Of a stretch of 39,051 nucleotides of DNA, positions 27,020-34,497 are shown one piece after another (the first letter of the stretch is position 1; each line of letters starts with the position of its first letter). Location: assembly GCA_964621415.1 (NCBI GenBank), contig CAZUOS010000001.1:3329-42379 (forward strand), written 5' to 3'. The position numbers and the translations under genes were made by a program. Under the pieces are notes generated by a model, which was not told the DNA's origin, ran no database searches, and saw only the letters and a program-made list of their open reading frames with translations. This DNA is from an uncultured Azospirillum sp. (GTDB lineage: Bacteria > Pseudomonadota > Alphaproteobacteria > Rickettsiales > UBA3002).

Positions 27020-28125
27020 GAGGGCGCTCCATAAACGACAGCGACGAGACGAGTATTGGCGCCGTCCAGGGCGTCACCAACCACGTCGCGCCACTCGTTG
27101 CCGATCGTCCGGCCAGTGATATTCCCGCCACCGGCGTTGTCGAAGATCCCGGCAACCATGTGGTTGGCCGAGACGACCTGGTTCTGATCGTCGTAGCTTT
27201 CCGTGTAGCCCAGCGGGACGGAATAAAGATCCGTTGAGTTTGTTGCACCTGCTGCGACGAAGACGGCTTCGTTCGCATCGACGTCGATTGTACTGGACAA
27301 GGGGTTCGCAGAAACCGATCCAACTTCGATGACTTTCGCCGTCGCGGTGCGGCTGTGGAACTTGCCGGAGATTGCGGCCCGCGGAACGGTATCGGCGCTG
27401 ACGACCAGTGTCACATAGAGTTCCGTCCAAGCCTGCGGGATTGCGGCATCCCACATCGACATGTAATTCGAGCTGGCTGTATCGGCAACTGTACCGGTCC
27501 CGGCCCGTTCCGTCATCGACACATAATTCGTATGGGCTGTCCGATCAGCGTCCGTCGGGTAAAGATAGACAGCCGTATGTTTCGCCGCAACGCCATTGGT
27601 CAGGGCTTCCAGGGTGAATTTCTGGCGGCTGTCCCCAGCGTATGCCAGAGAAATGGCAGCGAAGTTCGCCATGCCATACGTCAGGCCATTGCCCAGGACC
27701 GCGGCAGCCGTCGTCGTGACCTGTTTTGACGAAGGCGCATAGGCGTCAGCCAGTGTGCCGCTGGTCACGATGCCAAGGACCACGCTGTCGATCGCCTTCG
27801 TGCCGTCGGCGTTCGTCGCGTAGAGAGTATAACCGATCAGATAACCGACTTCTGGAGCAGCTAGAGCTTGAGTCTGGGCAGTGCCCAAATTCGTCTTTGA
27901 ACCGACATAAATGTCGACGCCGTTCCAGCGCACGACAACGCCCGCATTCGACAGCGGGTCGACTTTCCACCACTGGTATGCATAAGACGTCGGGTTATTC
28001 GATGCGGTGCCATGGTTCGCCGTCAGGGTCTGACCCGACTGGGCTGAACCAGACGGTGTCGGCCGCACAGAAAACTGGGGAACGCCGCCAGCGACGCCGA
28101 TGCGAAGTCCGAGTTTGCGGGTCAT
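27016..28125 (-). CDS. hypothetical structural-looking protein (369 aa)
   Basis: I prefer the ATG at 28125 (ATGA overlap with the stop of ORF 28122..28451) over the TTG at 28137. Thr/Ala/Gly-rich and beta-looking, with a SYAYQWW motif. Confidence 0.6.
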   Translation of the reverse strand: MTRKLGLRIGVAGGVPQFSVRPTPSGSAQSGQTLTANHGTASNNPTSYAYQWWKVDPLSNAGVVVRWNGVDIYVGSKTNLGTAQTQALAAPEVGYLIGYTLYATNADGTKAIDSVVLGIVTSGTLADAYAPSSKQVTTTAAAVLGNGLTYGMANFAAISLAYAGDSRQKFTLEALTNGVAAKHTAVYLYPTDADRTAHTNYVSMTERAGTGTVADTASSNYMSMWDAAIPQAWTELYVTLVVSADTVPRAAISGKFHSRTATAKVIEVGSVSANPLSSTIDVDANEAVFVAAGATNSTDLYSVPLGYTESYDDQNQVVSANHMVAGIFDNAGGGNITGRTIGNEWRDVVGDALDGANTRLVAVVYGAPS

Positions 28126-28451
28126 CCGATTTCCCAAACTGGCCGAACATCACCGCCGCCGAGACAGAAGCGGACGTGGCAGGCCTCGCACACCTTGCAG
28201 TAGAACTTGTAAATATTCGGAGCCCCTTCTGCCTGACGGGCGGAATTGGAGAACCAAGCTTCTATGTCAAGGTTCTCCGCTTCCCGGCAGCATGGGTTCG
28301 GAGCTACTTCCTGAAGACGCCCGAGATACTTTTCCGGCAGCATGAACTGGACTGTCGGAAGAGAAACCCGCTTACACGCCAGGATATGCGTCGAGTCGAG
28401 CGGCACATAGGCTAGCGTCCGCGGGGCATTTGAAAGATGGGCGTCACTCAT
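28122..28451 (-). CDS. Cys-rich hypothetical protein (109 aa)
   Basis: ORF with cluster YCKVCEACHVRFC plus CC at aa ~54-55, so possibly metal-binding. No SD; it would be translationally coupled. Confidence 0.45.
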   Translation of the reverse strand: MSDAHLSNAPRTLAYVPLDSTHILACKRVSLPTVQFMLPEKYLGRLQEVAPNPCCREAENLDIEAWFSNSARQAEGAPNIYKFYCKVCEACHVRFCLGGGDVRPVWEIG

Positions 28452-28456
28452 GGAAA

Positions 28457-28888
28457 CTAGACCAGCGTGAAGATATTGGCGCCGAAGTCGACGGTGAACG
28501 TTTCGCCGTTGCCCAGCGTGAACGCCGCGCCGTAATCCCAGTCAGCGATCAGCGGGTCGGCCGGCGAGGTCGGCGTGTCATTGTAGAGAGCGACATAGCG
28601 GCCGGACGTCCAGTCCGCAGCGCCTGCGGTCCACGTCTGATCCGTTCCGACCAGTGTGAACGTGCCACCCGACCGGGTGCCGTTGTTGCCGATACCGATG
28701 CCGCCCGCGGAATAGCCGGTGCCCGTGACCTGTGTGAGGTCCGCGAGAACGGTGTCCGTAGCGACGACAGGGGCGTCCGAATGGATCGCCACCTTGAGAG
28801 CATCCGCGGCGCCGCCTGTGCCGAGAAGGTCATGAACCTTTCCTGCCAGGTGCTCCGGGAAAATCTCATACTTGACATAAGAGGCCAT
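28457..28888 (-). CDS. hypothetical protein (143 aa)
   Basis: GGAGAA SD. Gly/Thr-rich and beta-looking. Confidence 0.6.
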   Translation of the reverse strand: MASYVKYEIFPEHLAGKVHDLLGTGGAADALKVAIHSDAPVVATDTVLADLTQVTGTGYSAGGIGIGNNGTRSGGTFTLVGTDQTWTAGAADWTSGRYVALYNDTPTSPADPLIADWDYGAAFTLGNGETFTVDFGANIFTLV

Positions 28889-28908
28889 TGAGCTTCTCCT
28901 TTAGAGGA

Positions 28909-29376
28909 TCATCGATAGTCAAAACCCACCGCATCGACGAAGATCGTCGATCCGGCGTCGGTCGTGGACAGAACGAAACGATCTTTCGCCCCTGCCCCTT
29001 GGGTTAGCGGCATGATGATGCCGCCTTGCCAAAGCGAACCGGCAGGCCACGACAGAACGTTGAAGTTGCCGGTATTGATTGTCTCGAGAGTCAGGCGGGC
29101 GAGTCGGTTCGCCACGGGCCAGCCCTCGACGGAAAGCGAAGTGATATCGCCGAGAAGAGTCAGGCGGACGTGTTTGCCTGCGGAATAAACCAGGGTCACG
29201 CCACCCTGTGCAGACACGTCCTGGACGGCCGCCAGCCAGGGGTCTGGCCCAGCAGGTCCTTCAGGTCCGATCCTGCCCCGTGGCCCGATACGTTCGACCC
29301 TGAGAGCCACGCCAGGAACGGATGGGAACTTGATGCGGACCCGTCGGCGGTCATACTCGATCCGGGTGACCGTCAT
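28909..29376 (-). CDS. hypothetical protein with short collagen-like segment
   Basis: GPRGRIGPEGPAGPD gives five G-X-Y triplets. ATGA overlap with the upstream gene. Confidence 0.6.
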   Translation of the reverse strand: MTVTRIEYDRRRVRIKFPSVPGVALRVERIGPRGRIGPEGPAGPDPWLAAVQDVSAQGGVTLVYSAGKHVRLTLLGDITSLSVEGWPVANRLARLTLETINTGNFNVLSWPAGSLWQGGIIMPLTQGAGAKDRFVLSTTDAGSTIFVDAVGFDYR

Positions 29377-29723
29377 TTGAAGGGCTCCGTAAATTCGATG
29401 GCTCCGAACCAGAACCGTTTCCGTTCGCCTGGCCGGATGATGTGAAGAACATGGAAGTGCCGGCCAAGGGGGAAGTCCTTGACCATATCATAGGGAACGG
29501 CGATCGAAAAGACGTTGTCGTGTTCTTCGTCCTTCACGATCATCCCATTGCCTGTCGTGGCAAACAGGATCACCCCGTCAGCCGGAGGGACGGGGTCATC
29601 TAATTTCACGGTCAGTTCAAGATCCGCATCAGCCAGAGACACGGGCTTGTTCGTCGTATCGGTGACCCAGAAAGAGTCATCCCAATCGGCGTCAGTCGCG
29701 ACTCGAAAATCGACGATCAGCAT
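29373..29723 (-). CDS. hypothetical protein (116 aa), Ig-like/BppU-like look
   Basis: ORF in an operonic position after the 29749..29789 hairpin. Confidence 0.55.
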   Translation of the reverse strand: MLIVDFRVATDADWDDSFWVTDTTNKPVSLADADLELTVKLDDPVPPADGVILFATTGNGMIVKDEEHDNVFSIAVPYDMVKDFPLGRHFHVLHIIRPGERKRFWFGAIEFTEPFK

Positions 29724-29748
29724 GTGTCTGCTTTCTAAAAGAATTGGC

Positions 29749-29789
29749 GCCCCGCTTCAGGGGAGGAAGAGACATGAAGCGGGGCTTTT
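29749..29789. terminator. GC-rich hairpin with flanking T/A runs (bidirectional terminator-like)
   Basis: GCCCCGCTTCA (29749..29759) and TGAAGCGGGGC (29775..29785) form an 11-bp stem with a 15-nt loop. TTTT follows directly on the + strand, and ...TTCTTTT lies 8 nt after the stem on the minus strand. Confidence 0.55.
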
Positions 29790-29838
29790 GTTCGAACTCA
29801 CCAAGCCCGGAGAAGGCTTTCCTCCATTCGAACCCGGT

Positions 29839-30177
29839 TCAGGCGTCCAGCATTTCCTTTGCCAACGGAGCGCCATCAAAAGCGAAGAACGGCTGGGTGC
29901 GGCCGTCGATATAAACCGATGCCGCGACGACAAGACCTTCCGCGCCAATGACGTGGCAGGGAACCTGCTCACCGGCGATAGTATAAGTCCCGCGGTAAAG
30001 CCTGAAAACAATTACGTCGCCTGGCGTGGCGATCTGCTGTGGGGACACGCGCCTATCACCGTTGCGGAAGGCTGGCGTCTGGAACGTATCGCCGTTGATC
30101 CACGGCGAGTGTTTCATCCCTGATGCCCAGCTGTCGAATATCTCATTCAGTTCCGCGGCGCGGGCTAGGTTATTCAT
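29839..30177 (-). CDS. hypothetical protein (112 aa)
   Basis: GGAG SD 8 nt upstream of the ATG. No recognisable motif. Confidence 0.55.
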   Translation of the reverse strand: MNNLARAAELNEIFDSWASGMKHSPWINGDTFQTPAFRNGDRRVSPQQIATPGDVIVFRLYRGTYTIAGEQVPCHVIGAEGLVVAASVYIDGRTQPFFAFDGAPLAKEMLDA

Positions 30178-30201
30178 TTCGGTTTCTCCGGTTAAAGGGT
30201 C

Positions 30202-30233
30202 GGCCGCGGATCTGGCTTAAGCGATCCGCGGCC
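30202..30233 (-). terminator. 11-bp GC hairpin after the FN3 protein gene (weak terminator/attenuator candidate)
   Basis: GGCCGCGGATC (30202..30212) pairs with GATCCGCGGCC (30223..30233). The minus-strand tail GACCCTTTAA is only weakly U-rich. Confidence 0.35.
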
Positions 30234-30252
30234 TAGACAAGCGACTGTTCTG

Positions 30253-30882
30253 TTACGGAGTCGGCGGTGCCGCGTCGGTCGTGAACGATACTGCGGCAGC
30301 GCCAACGTTCGACGTGTTGCCCCAGCGGTCCACCTGGACGACGCGGAAGTAATATGTCTGTTCGGGCTCCAGATCCACAAACGATATTGACTGAGTCGTT
30401 CCGGCCGTTGCATCGGCAACCCCGGACGCCGCGGCCGCCGTATTGTCATGCATGTGACCATCTTTGATCTGTTGAGCCGTCACGGCGTCTGCCGCGAGGG
30501 ACAAGATCCAGTGGTGTTTGCCAGCGCCTTCGGTTGTATCGAAGACCCCCGTGCCACCGTTGTGGCCCAGTTTCGTCGCGGCGACGTTCGACAGGACCGG
30601 CGCCGTCGTATCCGCATAAAGGATCGTCAGTTCAACGATGCCATCCGTGGGCTGATCCGCCCGGGCGAAAACTTTGTCCGATGCCCCCAGGGTCGTGAAC
30701 GTAATTTCGTCGGAGCTGTCGCGATCGATCATGACATAATCGTTCGTATTGAGATCCGGAACTGTCGTTCCGACATGGATACGGACGCCGGATGACCGCT
30801 TGCGGCGGAGGATCACGGCGGCTGTGCCCGAGGCGACCTCCTGCCATTCGGACGCCGTCAGGGCAACGGATAAAGTCTTCAT
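30253..30882 (-). CDS. hypothetical protein with C-terminal FN3-like domain
   Basis: 209 aa. ...LEPEQTYYFRVVQVDRWGNTSNV is FN3-like. GGAGGA SD. Confidence 0.65.
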   Translation of the reverse strand: MKTLSVALTASEWQEVASGTAAVILRRKRSSGVRIHVGTTVPDLNTNDYVMIDRDSSDEITFTTLGASDKVFARADQPTDGIVELTILYADTTAPVLSNVAATKLGHNGGTGVFDTTEGAGKHHWILSLAADAVTAQQIKDGHMHDNTAAAASGVADATAGTTQSISFVDLEPEQTYYFRVVQVDRWGNTSNVGAAAVSFTTDAAPPTP

Positions 30883-30995
30883 ACCGATCCTCCATAGACA
30901 TAAGCCAGAATGGCCGTTGCGACGAAGACGCCAACGATGGCCAGAGTGGCAATAGCGATAACGGCGCGGGAAACCCGAACAGGTTCTTCAGTCAT
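30879..30995 (-). CDS. small membrane protein (38 aa), not in the ORF track
   Basis: My own translation is MTEEPVRVSRAVIAIATLAIVGVFVATAILAYVYGGSV. Its TGA overlaps the ATG of the next gene (ATGA), and its start overlaps the upstream gene by 8 nt. Confidence 0.35.
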   Translation of the reverse strand: MTEEPVRVSRAVIAIATLAIVGVFVATAILAYVYGGSV

Positions 30996-31215
30996 CTTCG
31001 TTCACCACGATCGTGTCAGTCGCGGTCTTCGTCAGGAGGATCGCGGCCATGCAAAGTTCAGACGCTTTCATCTGCGACCAATCAATGTCCATCGTATCGT
31101 CATCCCACTGAATGATAACCGCGACGTTCTTGATCCGATCAAGTTTTCCTAAGGTCCGATGAAGGACGACTTCGGGAGTGAGTGTCGTTCCCGGCAGATG
31201 TTTGACTTCACCCAT
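30988..31215 (-). CDS. hypothetical protein (75 aa)
   Basis: I prefer the ATG at 31215 (GGAG 9 nt upstream, TGATG overlap with the Mu F-like stop) over the track start 31233. Confidence 0.5.
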   Translation of the reverse strand: MGEVKHLPGTTLTPEVVLHRTLGKLDRIKNVAVIIQWDDDTMDIDWSQMKASELCMAAILLTKTATDTIVVNEDD

Positions 31216-33059
31216 CAGAGTTTCTCCGGCCATAGTCTTACCCAGGCGGCGTAGTCCCTCTGTTTCAATTCGTCAAGCGTTAACGCTTTGCCATCCACAC
31301 TGAAACTACCGAGTGGCACCCCGCCGGATTTCCACAACGTATATCGAGCGTCGCCCAACGTATCCCGCTGGGTTTCTTCGTCCTGTTCACTGAGCCAGTT
31401 CTCATAAGTCGGTTCGGCTTCGACCGGCGACCCGACGGGGATGGTTTCTATTGTACACCTGCAGTTACCTGTAGTAATACCATCGGCAACGATCAGATGG
31501 TTTTCCGTTTCGAGGTTATAGACATGTCCATGAAAATCGCGACGACCCACAAAGACTATATCATCAAAGAATACCTCGCCGGGAAAGGCACAACACAGAT
31601 CAGCGGCTATCTGGGCATTCATCGGATATCCGTCCGAAGGATCCTTCAGCTGAACGGAGTTCAGATCCGAAGCCGCAGCGTAGCCATGTCCCTCCGAATG
31701 AAAAACTCGACCCCCGAACAACGGCAGGCCCTCACCAAGAAAGCCCATGACGCTGTCCGCGGAAAGAAAGGAAAGAAACGGACCCTGGAGTCTCGTCTCA
31801 AACACGCTCTCACCAGAGAACGGCGTGGATCGCAATTCCACTTGTCCCCTGGCGAAAAGATCTTCTCTGCAACGCTGGCAGACCTTGGCCTGGTTGGTAT
31901 CCCCGAAAAAGCGATCGGTCCATACAATTGCGACTTCGTGTTCGGTTCCGTCGCCGTGGAAATCTTCGGCGGCGGTTGGCACGATGGCAGTATTACGTCC
32001 GCCAGGAACCAAGAACGGGTCCGCTATATCTTGAATGCGGGCTACTCGTTGCTGATGATTTCCACGAGTAGGCATACTATGACCCCGGAGGTCGCAAAGT
32101 ACGTGGCAAGTCTCATCAAGCGCTTGCGCCGGAAGCCACCCGCGATCCGTGAATACCGGATGATTTGGGGTGCAGGCGAGTTCGAAACCCGAGGCCGTGC
32201 GGATGACGACGAGCTGTCCCTTAAATTTCCTCTTCGCCGCAGCCGTGATCGGCTGGGTCGTTACAAGGGTATCCCCCGGTAGACAATTAAAATGGATTGG
32301 CGGTCGCGGCCCTTCCCCCACCGGGAATATCTCACCCGCCAATTCGGCGCAGGCCAAGCATGCTCGGCTATCAAGTGTCGTAATCCACCGGACCCCTTCG
32401 AACAGGTCCGGGTTCTCTTTCGCGAATGCCTCGTGGCTCTCGTTATGAGCCGAAGCGGTTGCGGTCCTGACCGCGGCTTCGAGCATCCGCCGGCTGACAG
32501 CGAATGCGCCGTCTTTGTAAGACAGCGACTTCGTTCCGGAGACCCGCTTGACGATCTGGTCCATGGACTCGCCCTGGACCAGACCCATCGTGACGGCGTC
32601 ACTGATACGCTTCTGCGAAGAAGCGCTCAGATCGTCGAACCAGGTCTTCAGAAGCCGGCCCTGGAACGGCTTGTTGTCGACCGCGGCTTCGAGCAGCCGC
32701 GACGTGGGAACGTTGAACTTGACACCGATCGTTGCCTGAGTCGCTGCCAGGGTCTTGGCGAATTCTCCTTCGCTCTTGGCCAGATCGACGAGTTCTTTCC
32801 GCGTCCCTTTATACATGGCGCGATGGGCGGCCACGTTGATCTTCTTGATTTCAGCGAGGAGTTTCTCCAGCTGACGACGGGTCGCGGCGCCGTAGCCAGC
32901 CTCGGTATCGTGGGAAGCCAGCCACTTCAGAAGCTTCCGTTCGATATCCGCCTCGGCCTTATCGAGGATAGCGGCGATCTTACGGATAACCCCCGTCGCG
33001 AAACGCTCGACCCCAATGCGATGGAGGATCTGGGCATCAAGCTTCGGGGACGTTGCCAC
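31215..33059 (-). CDS. head morphogenesis protein (Mu F / SPP1 gp7 family) interrupted by an in-frame intein
   Basis: 614 aa with a GTG start. The family motif is split as PPIHFN / intein / CRCT. Lies directly downstream of the portal gene. Confidence 0.9.
   Translation of the reverse strand: MATSPKLDAQILHRIGVERFATGVIRKIAAILDKAEADIERKLLKWLASHDTEAGYGAATRRQLEKLLAEIKKINVAAHRAMYKGTRKELVDLAKSEGEFAKTLAATQATIGVKFNVPTSRLLEAAVDNKPFQGRLLKTWFDDLSASSQKRISDAVTMGLVQGESMDQIVKRVSGTKSLSYKDGAFAVSRRMLEAAVRTATASAHNESHEAFAKENPDLFEGVRWITTLDSRACLACAELAGEIFPVGEGPRPPIHFNCLPGDTLVTTQPITAAAKRKFKGQLVVIRTASGFELACTPNHPVFTDRGWLPAQALDETCHVLCDLRGHSMPTRGNHQQRVARIQDIADPFLVPGGRNTAIVPTAAEDFHGDGTEHEVAIVWTDRFFGDTNQAKVCQRCREDLFARGQVELRSTPFSGESVFETRLQGPFLSFLSADSVMGFLGEGLPLFGGRVFHSEGHGYAAASDLNSVQLKDPSDGYPMNAQIAADLCCAFPGEVFFDDIVFVGRRDFHGHVYNLETENHLIVADGITTGNCRCTIETIPVGSPVEAEPTYENWLSEQDEETQRDTLGDARYTLWKSGGVPLGSFSVDGKALTLDELKQRDYAAWVRLWPEKL
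31464..32285 (-). mobile_element. intein (274 codons, aa 259-532 of the Mu F-like protein)
   Basis: Starts CLPGDTLV (Cys1 codon 32283..32285). Block B is ACTPNH. Ends HVYNLETENHLIVADGITTGN (Asn codon 31464..31466) followed by Cys+1. Confidence 0.85.
31524..32282 (+). CDS. homing endonuclease candidate: N-terminal HTH + Vsr/DUF559-like PD-(D/E)xK nuclease, encoded antisense inside the intein
   Basis: HTH is GTTQISGYLGIHRISVRRIL. Nuclease core is IGPYNCDFVFGSVAVEIFGGGWH...RVRYILNAGYSLLMI. GAGG lies 8 nt upstream of ATG 31524; alternative starts are 31497 and 31530. The last ~50 codons are probably just read-through antisense to intein blocks A-B. Confidence 0.7.
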   Translation: MSMKIATTHKDYIIKEYLAGKGTTQISGYLGIHRISVRRILQLNGVQIRSRSVAMSLRMKNSTPEQRQALTKKAHDAVRGKKGKKRTLESRLKHALTRERRGSQFHLSPGEKIFSATLADLGLVGIPEKAIGPYNCDFVFGSVAVEIFGGGWHDGSITSARNQERVRYILNAGYSLLMISTSRHTMTPEVAKYVASLIKRLRRKPPAIREYRMIWGAGEFETRGRADDDELSLKFPLRRSRDRLGRYKGIPR

Positions 33060-34485
33060 CTAAGGACTCGCTTTCGATCATCAGTTTTTCTTTTTCGTCG
33101 TCGAAGTCCGGGTTCAGAACGCCGCGGCGTTTCATCTCAAGCCAGAACGTCTCCCGGCTGATTTCCCCGGTCGCCCTCATCTTCAGCAGCGAGTCGATTT
33201 CACTCTTCGCTGTCAGCGACAATCCGAAGTCACGGTTCACGGTCACCGTGGCCTTGGACTCACTCCCCAGCCATTCTTCGGTCAGCGCAAGCGCCTGATT
33301 GAGAGCGTCGTTCAGATTGATCGCCGCTTTCTCGATCGACGTATGAGCCCTGGACTCGTCGATCGACCGGGCTGTGGCTGTAACGCCGCCGGTGTCAGCG
33401 ATGACGGGCTGCAGGCCCATGACCCGAAGTTCGTCCGTAAGGACTTCCAGGTCCTTCTGGCCCTGAGCGATCGCCGTGCCCTGGACTTCGACCCAGTACC
33501 ATTTGCCCTGGGCGTCTTCCGTGAAAAGCAGCGTATAAGGACCGAACGCCGGCTTCTCATCTGCTTTGAATTCAGGCTTCGCTCCAGCAACGGCCAGAAT
33601 GGGGAACCTGGACGCCGTCAGGATATTGCGCTGGTCTGACGACGACTGGTAATGCTCGATCTGTTTGAAGCCCAGATCCAGAAACAGGGGCTTGACCGTT
33701 CCGTCTTGGCGGCGCCGTCCGGCAATCACCGGAACGAATGGCAAGCGGCTGATCGTGAAGACGCCTTCCTCATCGACGACCCAGGTCTGTTCGCCCTTCT
33801 CATTCACCGACTGGCGATACAGCCGCCATGATGGCTGGCCCAGATCGTTGAAGAAAAGCTCGCGGACCCGTCGCGTCACCGACTCGGTAAAGACACCGGG
33901 GATCGGCTCGTCGTGTGTCTCTTCCAAGATCCTGGCATATACCATCCGGATCTTGCCGTCATCATGAATGCTGAAGTAGCAGGACAGGACGTTCTCCGCC
34001 GTGACCTGGACCCAGTAAGGACGGGCATTCGATTTCTTCACATCCGCGATCGTCGGCTTACGGCCCGGAGGAGCGATCGCCGACGACTTGGGGTAATCAA
34101 CGAAAATATACCCCAGGCCAGCAACGACCGAGTCCTCAAAGACGTCCGAAGCGAACTTGTGCAGGTCATTGCCGTTCAGATCGACGTCGGCCATGATCCC
34201 TTCAAGTTCCGGCGACGCGTCTTTCAGCGTCACATTCCGGCGGAACGGCATGGCTGAGACGTTCCGAACGGCGTCTTCGAAATAGTTCGTCAGAACGGCG
34301 CGAGCCAAACGGTTGGCGTAAGACGTAGCCGTTTCCGAGTCGTACTTCGGCAGATAGGTTTCGCCCGCGGCCCGCATCTGGCGGGTTCCCGCCATCAGTA
34401 TCCGCAGCATAGACCAATCTGCCGACATGGCGCTGTGCGCTGCCGACGGAGTGTCCGGGGTAAGTGTGACGGGTTCAGCAGCCAC
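33037..34485 (-). CDS. portal protein
   Basis: 482 aa between terL and the Mu F-like gene. ...WSMLRILMAGTRQMRAAGETYLPKY... resembles DUF4055-type portals. The GTG start is uncertain (alternative ATG at 34428). Confidence 0.8.
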   Translation of the reverse strand: MAAEPVTLTPDTPSAAHSAMSADWSMLRILMAGTRQMRAAGETYLPKYDSETATSYANRLARAVLTNYFEDAVRNVSAMPFRRNVTLKDASPELEGIMADVDLNGNDLHKFASDVFEDSVVAGLGYIFVDYPKSSAIAPPGRKPTIADVKKSNARPYWVQVTAENVLSCYFSIHDDGKIRMVYARILEETHDEPIPGVFTESVTRRVRELFFNDLGQPSWRLYRQSVNEKGEQTWVVDEEGVFTISRLPFVPVIAGRRRQDGTVKPLFLDLGFKQIEHYQSSSDQRNILTASRFPILAVAGAKPEFKADEKPAFGPYTLLFTEDAQGKWYWVEVQGTAIAQGQKDLEVLTDELRVMGLQPVIADTGGVTATARSIDESRAHTSIEKAAINLNDALNQALALTEEWLGSESKATVTVNRDFGLSLTAKSEIDSLLKMRATGEISRETFWLEMKRRGVLNPDFDDEKEKLMIESESLGGNVPEA

Positions 34486-34497
34486 TTGGTCTATCCA

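Noticed and set aside
32292-33161. 289-aa plus-strand ORF directly downstream of the Vsr-like gene (and the similar 36394..36954 ORF beside the HNH gene)
   Set aside because: Both are Arg-rich shadow ORFs antisense to the extein-coding parts of the Mu F-like gene and terL. Unlike the two endonuclease ORFs, they have no domain motifs, no SD and no A/T shift.
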